64,000 nt of DNA, taken from Asterias rubens. Taxonomy: Eukaryota. Made by a program: the position numbers and the translations under genes. Positions 46,668 to 58,119 of this stretch are shown here, in pieces. The notes below the pieces were generated by a model. The model did no database searches. It was not told the DNA's origin and saw only the letters and a list, made by a program, of their open reading frames with translations. Every line of letters starts with the position of its first letter. Position 1 is the stretch's first letter. The stretch spans positions 372,001 to 436,000 of the forward strand of contig NC_047081.1 of the NCBI RefSeq assembly GCF_902459465.1. Direction: 5' to 3'.

Positions 46668-49493
46668 TTACTTCTGGTCCGGGTGAACCTTGTTCAAGCA
46701 CATTACAGTCTTCAAGCAATGTTTGAAGATCGTTAGGACGAATAGGATGATCTCAAAGAGTGTAATGGATGAGATTCCAACGTAGAGTCCCATCAGGCCA
46801 CCAACAGAACCAAGGATGCTCTCAAACTGTAAGTAAGAATATCATTCATGTTGGTCATAACATTACCATTGCCGTGTTGTGGCCAGCGGATAAGGGCACC
46901 GGACTCAAGCTCTGGTGTTTCTAATCAGCAGATTGTGTGTGTAATTGAGTCCCGGTCGTGACACTTGTGTCCTTAATAAGCAAGACACTTTAATAACCAT
47001 GACTGCTTTGTCCTTCAGATGGGACGTAAAGACGTTGGACTCGTGCGTTGTGTACAACGCGTAAAAGAACCCAGTGCACTTATTGAAAAGAGAAGGGGTT
47101 CACCCTGTGCTCCTTGTTTGATTGGCTGCATGTTGCCCCATGGCACCTTGTTAACCATTACATGGTGCTATGTTCAAAATAATGAGTAGTCTCATACTTC
47201 AAACGTAGCCCCACAATCAATATTTTTCAAAGATAGGATTCACTTGTGACAAACAATGGAACATGAATATTAACTCTCCTACTCTTTGACCAATTAATAT
47301 CGTCCACTGTGGTTTTGAATGATAGATGCACTTTGCTAGCCTGCATATAATATCATGGCGTGAATGCATATACAAAGTACACAGTCAACTGTCTGACCAT
47401 TTACCGATGTGGTTGGGAGGGATGGCAACTTTTCTGCTAAATGTTGCCAACAATAATTATGAGAGATTTCTTGACGGGTATTCAACAGACTATGCATCAC
47501 CACATAGTGTGGTAACTTTTCTGCTATATAATACCAACAATATGAGAGTTAATTGAGATTGCTTGAAAGGTATTCAACATATTATCTTGGATATGAACTT
47601 ACCGTCCATGATGGTACCTCAGTCACCGATTGGTAATTCAACTCCTCAAAGTAAATGTGCAAACGGGCCATGTTCTTCCTGCGATCAAGGACAAATTTAG
47701 TAGTCTTTATAACAAAGTTACTTGTATCCAACTAAAGTTTCTTACTTAAGAAACAGTTGGGCTTGCGCCAAAGGTAGGCTTAGCCTAATCATACTGTATT
47801 ATTGAAACAAGTCTAACTGTAGTTTGGCAAAGCCTACTCCAAGACGAGGCCTGACTCCTACGTTGAATACAATAACAGTTTAATGGGTGAATTGGCGCCC
47901 TGCCAAGAAAAGGCAAAAATATAGCTTGCGGGGTTGATCATCACTTTTTATTTGTTTATATTTTCACTTTTTGAATTGTTTTAAAAACCCACAGATTTTA
48001 AAAAGAATCTGCCGAAGACATGATGGATGTTTTTGTGTGAAATGTACACCTTCATTCCTCACGAGAATTTGTTTAAAGTAATTCATTAAAATAAAGTAAA
48101 AATCTCCTTAAAAATGCCAGTCGGGTATGGAAATAAGAAACAGGGAACTAATTTTGTTTGGCGACGTGGTTTATAACTTAGGGACATAGAGCGCCCTCAT
48201 GTGGTGGAAAAGTACTCAGATTTTTGTCTCACCTCGTGGTCTCCACATCTTGCAGAATTCTTGCCGCCACTTCGTTCTTCTCAGCTACACGACTGTACAA
48301 ATGCTCCTGAAAGATTAAATCATACCGCATCAAAATTAAACGGTAACGGCTAATGGCTAATACGACGCAGCCTTAGCCACTTCTGAAGCGGTCAAAGCCG
48401 TGGCTCGAAAGGAGAGAATAATAACATTTATTCAAACTCAAATTCTTCCCTGACTTTCTGACATTTCATGTGCGTGTCAGCGCCATTGCAGTGAGCCATC
48501 CGAATGGCGCCACCAACGGCGAGCATGACTCTCCACTTTCAAATACCCAAAAAGGTTAGTCTGAACTTATAGTTAAAACTTATAAGGGTGCCAGGACTGC
48601 CATTGATTATAACGTCTAGTAGGACTTTGAAATTACACGTATACTTCAGGTAACTACCCTTGCATAATCATTGTTTTCTACTACGTCTTGCAATATGAAA
48701 CCCACCTCATAGCGTTCAGACGGCCACACAGCCACGGACGAGCTAACCTGGAAACCAGTTTCCCTACAAAGAAAACGAACAATGTTCAATGTACAATCAT
48801 TTAAAGATTTTGTATTCATTTTCATTTAACTTGCATTTATTTGCACTTGTTTTATACCAGGGACATAGTGCCAAAAGATGGCGGCCAAAAGGGGTTTAGG
48901 AGATGTAGAGTAGCATTATCAACGCGCGCCGTTCTTGTTTTAATGCAAACTTTTATAGACGTGTTGGCGTTAACAAAAAAAGGTGGAATTTCCCCTCTTT
49001 TTAGGCCCATTTTCTTGGCAACAAGTTACGTGTACTTACTCGCAGGCTACTGGGCAGTAACAGTCAAGCTTGTCATCTTCATAAAGTGTCTCCACGAGCT
49101 GTCTACATCTCTCTGCAAATCAAAACGATCAAAACATACACTTCACATGAACACAATTTCAACCGCAAATTGCTCTAACACTGATGGGAACATGATGGAA
49201 CTTTGCTGACATCACGCCCAATTTTCTGTACAGTAATGTACTAGGTTCGTTTTACGTGCGATACACTACCCACGGGACCTACGGCTTTACGTCCCATCCG
49301 GAGGACGAAGCAATAGTGTTAGCAATTAAGGACACAAGAGTGTCAAGATCGGGACTTGAACACCGGCACCCTGTGTATCAGAAACACCAGAGCTTGAGTC
49401 AGGTGCTCTTATTCGCCCGGCCGCTACACGCCAAGTTATGTATAACCTACATTATCTTCAATGATCGATATTCTTACTTGTCCGCCCTCTCTC

Positions 49494-49539
<46 letters not shown>

Positions 49540-52500
49540 AATATGAATAAGTTAATAACTAAACCCTGATTGATTATAATTTTCAATGAACTTACGTTGT
49601 GTGCTGTTAAGAAAGCTGCACTTTTCACCTTCGAGTAGCAGATCTGAGACGCAGCCGCATGACTCCCTAAGATTCCTCTGCATACATTGCTTCTTACAAG
49701 CCAGTGGTGAATACGTGAAGAAGTCTGACTCGAAAAGAGTATCGCTACCGTCGGTGCAATTACTGTACTTCCCGCCAAGACGATCAATGAAAGTCTGTAG
49801 GTAAAACAAAGGGACAAAGGTCGTGGGTTCGAATCTCACTCGAGTAAATGCCTGTGATCAGAACTCGGGAAAGTTTGTTTTACCCTTTCAGTGTACGTTT
49901 ATATATTTTGTAGACTGAAAGGGTAAAACAAACTAACATCTTTATCTCCAATTCGTATCATCTTAAAAAAGGACCCCCCCCCCAAAAAAAAAATGAAAAA
50001 AAAAAAAAATGATAACTTTCAAGTCAACAGAGGGTGCCCATGGAATGTTTGGCACCCCACCTTCACCCATACCATAAACAATACCTTTCTGATAGCAATT
50101 GAGGTCGCCTGACCAGTGGAGGCAGTGAGACCCGTATCTTCAGGATTGGGAGTCGTCTGCCAATCGTCAACAGAGATCCGGACCCCGGACTCCGGGGAGA
50201 AAAGTCCGACGTATTCCGGCTGTTCGATGAACAATGTAAGATGCAGACCTGTGAAGGAACATTGAACAGTTTTTTTTTAAATATTGAACGGACCGACTTC
50301 AGGCATTTTGGAACAAAAACTTGACTTCGATAGACCGGCCCTGACTGACTAAGCGGTCCAAAGTGCACCGGGTTCATGATAGTGTGAGTTCGAAATTCTG
50401 GTTCCGGTCAAGGCACTCTACTTCTTGTGCCATTACATTAAAATGGTGAACAAGTGCATTATAAACAAGTAAAAATACCATTTCTGTTGAAAACATTCCG
50501 CTCAGGTAGGTGTTAAATATCCTACTCTACTAATCTAAACTAATACAGAGTTCTCCAGGACAAACGATCACTTGCCACGCCCCGAAGCCGTAGGATGTCA
50601 CTGTGGGTTTTTGAGGGACAGCTGACGAGCATTGAGGTCTTTCCGTAGAATGTCAAGTAAGTTAGTTTTGTGACGGCCACGACGGTCTCTCAGGTGTCCC
50701 GATCTAACTACAGCGAAGGGATGTAAGCCACATGTCTAATGTGTGAAGATCCCCAGTGCACCAGAACGTTGGACGAGTGGTATGGGATAATATACTGAGA
50801 GCCCGGGCAAAACAGTAAACATGTATAATTTACTTACCATACTGCGAGCCTGACTTGCTTGTTTCCCTTGCCGTCTCATTTCGGCCGTGGTTGTACGTGA
50901 AACAGTTTCCGAACTGACTGTTTTGAAACTTGTGGAAATCACTGCATAAGAAAAAAACAACAACTTGTCGTTTTTTTTTATAGACTAGGCACTAAACTAT
51001 CGGGTAAACCCCCAGGGCAACCTTATCACGACTTTCTTCCGGCCGGACGCACCAGTTAAACCAATGGGAGACTTTCTGGGACGATAGAGGGCAGCAGACT
51101 TATCAGGTAAATCCATTGTTCTTAGAATTATGCGCATGTTCAGAACTACGTAAACGATGGAAATTTACCCGGTATGTCTGCTGCCACCTAGCGTTGGAAA
51201 GTCTCTTATTATGACAGATATTGTCATGACCCCCAATGTCAGTGCTTAATTTGTCGTCTGCGATGAGGTTCCAGCTCCCTCTAAACACCCGGGGCATCTG
51301 GGCGCTATTGCCCCGTTGGTTCTAACTGGAATGCACGCTCCCGTCCGTCCCGCTGCGTACCTTTGAGTTTGTTGCCTACAAGCTGCCTGTCAATACAACA
51401 CATTTCCCCTACAAAACACTTCAAACTTACGTATAGTTGCAAGGACGCTTGTCAAATGTACACTGCAGAATTAAGTCCTCAGCCTGATGCCCCAACACGT
51501 CCAGCTCTTCTCTGGTTGGGTTGGCAACGTTGATGATGTCACTGTAATCCTCTGATTTGGAGTTCTCTAGGAAGCCATTCCAGTCACTCTCGCCCGTGAC
51601 GTCACCGAAATCGTAGTAGTCAACGTACTCGAAGTTTTGGAAGTCTGTGCTGCCGAAACCGGTGAACCATTCATCGATGAAGGAGAAACTACCACCGGGA
51701 GTGCCGAATCCACCCCCGCCGAAACTTGCACCACCACCGCCAAAACTTCCACCCCCACCGCCAAAACTTCCACCCCCACCGCCAAAACTTCCACCCCCAC
51801 CGCCCAAACTTCCACCCCCACCGCCCAAACTTCCACCCCCACCGCCCAAACTTCCACCCCCACCGCCCAAACTTCCACCCCCACCGCCCAAACTTCCACC
51901 CCCACCGCCCAAACTTCCACCCCCACCGCCCAAACCTCCACCCCCACCGCCCAAACTTCCACCCCCACCGCCCAAACTTCCACCCCCACCGCCCAAACTT
52001 CCACCCCCACCGCCCAAACTTCCACCCCCACCTCCGATAGAGCTGCTTCCACCGGCCCTCCTCTTCCTCCCACCGCCACCACCACCGGCACCCGAAGAAA
52101 GATACGCATCAAGCCAATTAGCCTGCGAAGACCAGTCAAAAAACCAAGAATAATCGGCATCTCCTCCACTGATTCCACCATCGATGGCAATAACTCCTTC
52201 AAACCGGGTACCAACAAGCTTAGACCGCCTCAGCCTATTCATATTACACACCGTAACGGCAGGGAAACCTACGTTGGTCTTTGTGATAACATCAATTGTG
52301 GTACCGTATGGATTGCCCAAGTAATCAAGGACCAGATATGTCCCCTGGTAAGAGAAGAGCGCAAACGCACCGAGCAGAACGATCAACCAAAAAAGACCGA
52401 CAAGGCAGTTGCTGGCATTGGTAATCCTACTCACTCCATGTGCGGTTGTTTCGTTTCCAAAGTCGGTCACAATGGAGCCGATAGTCTCCTTCTGTGGATT

Positions 52501-53230
52501 GGATGGAGAAAATAAAAACACAATGTCAACAATTTACAAGTTATTTCCACGGGTTTTAAAGAAACAATCTTTCCATTTAAGTTCCAGTGAATCTGTTAAA
52601 ACTGCAGGGTCAAAATGGTCCTGGAATTCGGGTCACAGGGAGCCAGTGTAGCAGGAGATTCTGTGCCCCCCCCCCCCCCCCCCATCAATACGGGGAACTG
52701 TGTCCAAACTACATCTTATATCTTCTTTTGAGACATTGTCCTTCAGCCAACATTAATTTCCAATAGGGGGACGTCATCTCCGAGGGGTGGGGTGGAGGCA
52801 GATTACGCTGGGACACCGGACCCTTTCCATGGTCAGTATGAATCTGTCTCAAACTTACCCTGAACATGCGCGAGACTTACGCAGAACCCACCGGCGAGTC
52901 AAAGTCCGAGTATGACCCAAATATGATCCAAATAATATTAAGGGTGTATTTGGTTTTGCGGTGACCTTTAATATAGCCGTAACCTATGGGTTCTTAATCA
53001 TTCTTTTGAGGACATGCTTCTTATTATGCTAACTGGCCGCAGAGTTAATAGTATATTTTTCAGAATTCGAGCAACTTCTCAGATTTTGTCTTCGATCTTA
53101 CCTTTTTAGGGGTATCTTCTTCAGTTGATGTCTTAGGCTTCTCGTAATTGGGTGGACCAGGGTTCTCCATCGGCACGACCATAAAGGCATTGTCGTAGTT
53201 TGCACTAGACTCGATACCGGTCATCGTCAT
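46668..53230 (-). CDS. DEG/ENaC (ASIC-related) amiloride-sensitive channel subunit, 698 aa; exons 53230-53102, 52491-51431, 50941-50838, 50248-50085, 49794-49596, 49112-49040, 48763-48706, 48306-48233, 47678-47603, 46826-46668
   Basis: Ten GT-AG exons with consistent phases (0,2,1,0,1,2,0,2,0) total 2097 nt. Motifs: TTAHG gating motif, TM1, FPAVTVCNMN, LILQCTFD, FGNCFTYN, GLHLTLFIEQPEY, Cys-rich thumb, CYCPVACE, IYFEELNY, and TM2 GSVGGLMGLYVGISSITLFE. Confidence 0.95.
46870..47210 (+). mobile_element. tRNA-headed SINE with DeuSINE/Nin-like core
   Basis: tRNA-like head, gtgtcctt...gcaagacactt, and core gatgggacgtaaag...gtaaaagaacccagtgcactt...gaaaagagaaggggttc. Reverse copies at 49245-49420 and 9549-9662. 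Confidence 0.7.
49245..49420 (-). mobile_element. SINE, DeuSINE-like family, reverse copy
   Basis: Reverse complement contains ggatgggacgtaaagccgtaggtcccg and the tRNA-like head. Confidence 0.7.
49485..49534. repeat. (CT)n microsatellite
   Basis: Direct inspection. Confidence 0.95.
51068..51205. mobile_element. Palindromic MITE, family D, in a DEG/ENaC intron
   Basis: TIRs gagactttc and gaaagtctc. Internal arms gagggcagcaga and tctgctgccacctagcg. Confidence 0.75.
51722..52036. repeat. Coding 21-bp minisatellite, 15 units, encoding GGGGGS(L/F) on the minus strand
   Basis: Unit aaacttccacccccaccgccc runs from 51722 to 52036, in frame inside the large DEG/ENaC exon. Confidence 0.97.
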
Positions 53231-53306
53231 TTGTTGTTTACTAAAAAAACAATTATATGTAAACAAAACCGATCAGCGCACTCGTAATTCATATCAGTGT
53301 AGTACT

Positions 53307-53695
53307 TTAAAGGCACTGGACACTATTGGTAGCTACTACAAAACAATTATTGTTAGCATAAAAACTTACTTGATAACGAGCAATTGAGAGCTGTTGATAG
53401 TATAAAACATTGTGAGAAACGGCTCCCACCGAACATAGTTTCAAGAAAGAGGTAATTTTATTATCACTGAAATAATACAGTTCGGCTGAAGCCTTTTATT
53501 GTGCATTATGGAAGCACACACGTGATGCAACAAGTGTGTTTTTCTTTCATTTTCCTCTTGCAAATTCACAGAGAAACATTGAGTCCAAATTTCACAGGTT
53601 TATTACTTTGCATATGTTGGGATACACCAAGTGATGAAACTGGTCTTTGACAATATTACCAAACATGCCTTTAAAGGGCCTGTGCATATACGCAT
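53307..53695 (+). mobile_element. ~390-bp MITE related to family B
   Basis: Starts ttaaaggcactggacactattgg. A related reverse-oriented copy lies at about 55085-55436. Confidence 0.7.
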
Positions 53696-55084
53696 GGCGG
53701 TGAGTCTGAGAACTATCGGCAATAAAAACTTAATAGGTTGTAAAGTAGGCCCATCGTCAGCTTTTGATACTTACTATTAAGCATTTTGAGAATCTTTTCA
53801 CTTCGAAGAAATGTGGTTATCAGAATAAACTATTATACCACCTTTATGTAGTAATATCACCTAATGTTAAACTTTTTTTTCAAGTATTAACACACAGATA
53901 ATCCTTTGCCTCCATGGCGTCAGATTATACAAAATAAATGTCATAAAAAGAGCTGTGAAAAGGGGGCTTGTTAGGAAAAATGCAAACGGAAACATATAGT
54001 TCTCTCATTGGCCAGAAGTGCCACCTAGAAAAAAATGTACACCCTTGTGTCTCCCTACACGTTGACCCTAGTTGCCCCACTGTTATCAGTTGTGGCACTT
54101 AACTGTTAAGTTCATCTTACCTCATTGTGGTAATCGGGATCAGTCCTGGAGGACTTTATTCCAATTTAATCCGGGGAAAAAAACTCAAGATGAGATCCGG
54201 GAACAGCAAGGAATGTCCCTCCGCGAAACGAAGGGCTACCTTTTAGTCAAACTCAAGCAACGCGTCTGCCCGGTTCTTCTTACGAAGGGCATCTTATCAA
54301 CTACCTCTTGGGATTTTATCGACTGACTCCTCACTTGATCGATCGACTACTTTGTCCAAGAGGGATCATTGATCACTGGGCCGGGGGTACTTTTTGTCCA
54401 CCAAGTTTTCTTTGTCAAGTGGGAGTCATTCTTTTATTGGAGAAAAAAGACGATGCTTAATGTGGAAGCAAAATGAGATAGCAAATAATTGTAGAGGGGC
54501 TCCATCTATTATTTTTACAATATTATTTCTGATCACGGGCTCCAGGCTGGACCCTCTCTGCAATGTAACTTTTGTCGGCTTTGAGACCCATTTCGAGACC
54601 ATTCTCTTGATACCAGCTTCGTCTTAAAGCATGGAGGAAGAAGCAAGCCACAAGGGAAAGCGTTCAACTTGATGGGACCTAAAGACATAACCGAAGTCCT
54701 AGCCGATAGCCCAAAGCCGGAGTAACTTAAGCCGTAGTCTAGTCCTGAACAGGGCTTAGTGTCTTGCAGTGCACCCCTAGGCAATGCTTGGGAGGGTTAA
54801 GCTAAAATCGATGCTATTAATATTTGACATTCTCGTGTGTAAGTCACAAAAAGCGATGCATAGCTACCGAATGATCGATTAGAGCAATCTCCAGAAGACT
54901 AACAGAAGAACATACAACTGTTCTCAAACGAAATCGATCAGCATCCATTGTTTACTTCTGAGGGGAAACTTTTTGGAGATGAATATAACGGGACCGATAA
55001 ACATTGGGCAGCTCACGACATGGATGGCGTGCCCATGCAGGGGCGGGGTCAGAGTGAGATGGGTGGGGTGCTCAGACCGCAATC

Positions 55085-55436
55085 GTAAAGGTATCGGGAA
55101 CGTTTGGTAATGTCAAGAAAGGTATTCTCACTTTGTGTAGCCCAACATCATGCATAAAATAACAAACCTGTGAAATTTGGGCTCAACTGTTCTTTAAAGT
55201 TGCAGGAGAGTATTGAAACAGAAAACATACTTATTGCAATACTTTGTGTGCTCTTCACATGTATAATTAAAGGCTTCGGCTGAAGTATTTTATTATTTAA
55301 TTAAGAAATTACCTCTTTCTCAAAAACTACGCGCACTTCAGAGGGAGCTGTTTCTCACAATGTTTTATACTATCAACAGCTCTTCATTTCTCGTTTACCA
55401 AGTAAGTGTATTTACCAATAGTGTCAAGAGCCTTTA
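55085..55436 (-). mobile_element. MITE, reverse relative of 53307-53695
   Basis: Shares tttctcacaatgttttatactatcaacagctc with the reverse complement of 53390-53420. Confidence 0.7.
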
Positions 55437-57534
55437 GCCAAAACATAACTCTTGTATAGGTCACGGACTACACGTTGCAAACATTCATGGGGGCGGTGAC
55501 AGTAAAAACAACATCACATCGAAGAGCTTCGTCCAGTCTTCGATTTTTGTCCTTCGGTGTCTTTTGTTGACCACACCTCCTCAGCGACACAATCGTCTCC
55601 CACCCCTACTTGTCGTTTTAATAATTCAAAAGAGGATTGTGTCCTTGCCCCTTTGGCTTTAAACCGTGTGTTTGGTCCCCTGTCTCACAGTTAATAAAGA
55701 TAGTTCTCAGTATCATATATGGGGGTCAGACGAACTTGCTCCCAGCCTCGTTTTCGTCACAGTGCCATGGGTGGATAGCAAGATACCTGCCGTGCGATAA
55801 AAGTTTTGTCGAACATCAAGTCGATCATAAGAAACAATTTTCTTTTTTTTACAAATCCAGCAAAATGTATAATCCATCATATACACGGTATATGCGCGGG
55901 GCTTAAGCCGGAGCACCTGGAGGGACGTTTGTAAAATGCCGCGATCTGATGGTCATGAATAAGTGATCATTCCTTTGGAAATAAATAAGCGAAACAAGCA
56001 AAACAAAAAAATATGTTCCCTTTTTTGTTTACTGTTGAGCTTGATGAGACAAGCCTTATCAAACACACTGTAAAACCATTGTCTGAAAGTTTTTACGTTC
56101 GTTTTCTGAGAAGTATTTGTTTATTGGCTTAATTTTATGTGACAAATTATTGATTTGTGTTGAACAAACTTTCAGCTATTGTTTCGCAATCGCCATGGTT
56201 GCTCCTTTATAGTTTCTTGGTTCCACGTTTCAAGGACTCTCTGTGTTTGTGCGAGGCCAGAATGATCAGCCTTCTCCAATCTCTTTGTCTGATCAGTTTC
56301 ATTGGTTTTTGAAAGAGTAGCTCATCCCCATTTCTTTGTTTCAAAAAACATATCACACATCCATGAGGAAAATCCAAAATAGTTGGTCACTTTGAGTGAG
56401 ATGCTAAGCACAAAATAAGCATAAGTCTACCCCCGAGCATGACACCCACAACCAGCCAAAAAGGACCACCAAGCCCTGGGTGTGCCTCCTTCGACCCATA
56501 TCCCTAATCTAGATCAATATTCAGGGTAGAATGTAAGTAGGATTTGAAACTTTGCATGGTGGAAGTAAGATATAGAAAAGTTTGCGGTAACACCATGTAA
56601 AATCCTCGTGTCTTGAGACGCCCCCCCCCCCCCCTTGCAATAGATGCAGGTTCAATCTGGTTCGGGTCGGTTTGATCTGGGCCGAGTTTCATAAAGTGTT
56701 AACTCACATAGAATGTTGGCTGGTAATCTGTTTTTGTAAGCAAGATTTCCCCGTGCTTAGCGGGTTTTTGTGCTAGGCTTTATGAAATTGGGCACATGTT
56801 CTTTGTTGCCACCTTGGAGATTTAAGATTTTTAAAGTTTGAAACGTAGAGTAGAGACTTGGTTATGTTATCTGTGATCGGGGTGTATTTTTAGTCTTACC
56901 AACAACGGTTGCCCCCAAAACGCGCCCTCACACGAGGCAAGTTTGCAATCGCTGATGCAAGAATGCGATCTCAGACTTGAAAGAAGTCTTCAGTACACTA
57001 CAGAATCACTCGGGCTAGAAAGTTTACCATGGCAGTGACATTTTAGTAGCCGTATTTAGCCCCATTTTTGATAAAAAAACATACTTTTCCTTAGTTTCTG
57101 TTTGTTAAAATCTTCGTCAAAGTTTATGATTTACATAATTGTTAGTGTTATTATTATTAGAGGAAAGACAAAAATCTTGAGGCGTCTGCATTGAATACAT
57201 TCTAATTTGAAGCATGCCATGGATGGAGGTATGAAGTGACCTGAAAATGTTTTGAACTTTTATCAGAGCCCAACGCCCACTAAATTGTTAATTTATTTTG
57301 ATCCACGGCGTCGCACTTGAAATACGCGTATGGAAGCCCCATATGGCGACCCAATAATGCATCACAAATCTTTTTAATGGTAGAGTTTTTTTTTTCATTT
57401 TTGTTAAAAATCGACAGTTTCAGGGTCAAAAGAGGACAAAAACGGACACTGGTACCCCGTTTTCCAGCTGTACACACAAAGACAATGTCCCTGGTGTCTG
57501 CGAACCAACTAAGCAAACTTGCCTACGTGGCTTG

Positions 57535-57790
57535 ACTGCGCATGTGCACATCCTGATGTCGGTGTCACTGCTAAACCATACGTGGCATTAAGAAAGTCCG
57601 TAAGTCGATGATTATTTCCAACTTTTGAACCTAGAAAAGATCCAAAGTTCTTGTTCTGGGTTCTCACGAACATAGTTACACATTGTGTGAGTAACATTCT
57701 GCAGTTTTGTTGTTGTTTTGAGGAATTTCAAGGGTAAAATACCGAGTGTTTCCTACCAAAAACGCCGGACGGCGGCCATTTTGACATGTG
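57535..57790 (+). promoter_or_regulatory. Candidate SEC24 promoter with NRF1-like and YY1 motifs
   Basis: tgcgcatgtgca at about 57536 and gcggccattttg at about 57772, 350-600 bp upstream of the SEC24 ATG. Motif-level evidence only. Confidence 0.3.
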
Positions 57791-58119
57791 TGTTAACTGC
57801 ATGTAATGTAATCGTACGGTAAGCAATTCGTGTTTATAGCTACGTGTTTATAGCTACGTGTTTAGAGGTGACGTAATATTACCATTTGAACCGGAAAAGA
57901 CACAATCTAAGAAGATATCAATGACTTGGTACCATTTCTTGATGAACTCACATAGTGAGTTGTAAACTGGAATGTTTTGTTGGTCCTCTCCTGACGACTT
58001 TTTGACTCATTTTTTTTACAAAATCAATCAAAAGTTATTCCTGGACAGCGGTTTCTGTTGTGTGTACTTTTTTTCTGACGATACGTCAATAAGAATTTGA
58101 GCATCTTCGTAGCACAACC

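Noticed and set aside
51637-52515. 292-aa plus-strand mucin-like ORF (TSTPTAQ)n, plus the KLPPPPP and RPNFHPH ORFs
   Set aside because: These are antisense shadows of the DEG/ENaC exon. The minus frame carries the family motifs and links in phase to nine other exons.
54533-54784. 83-aa minus-strand ORF upstream of the channel gene as an extra coding exon
   Set aside because: There is no in-phase donor and no family similarity. The channel already has an ATG at 53230 just after an acceptor.
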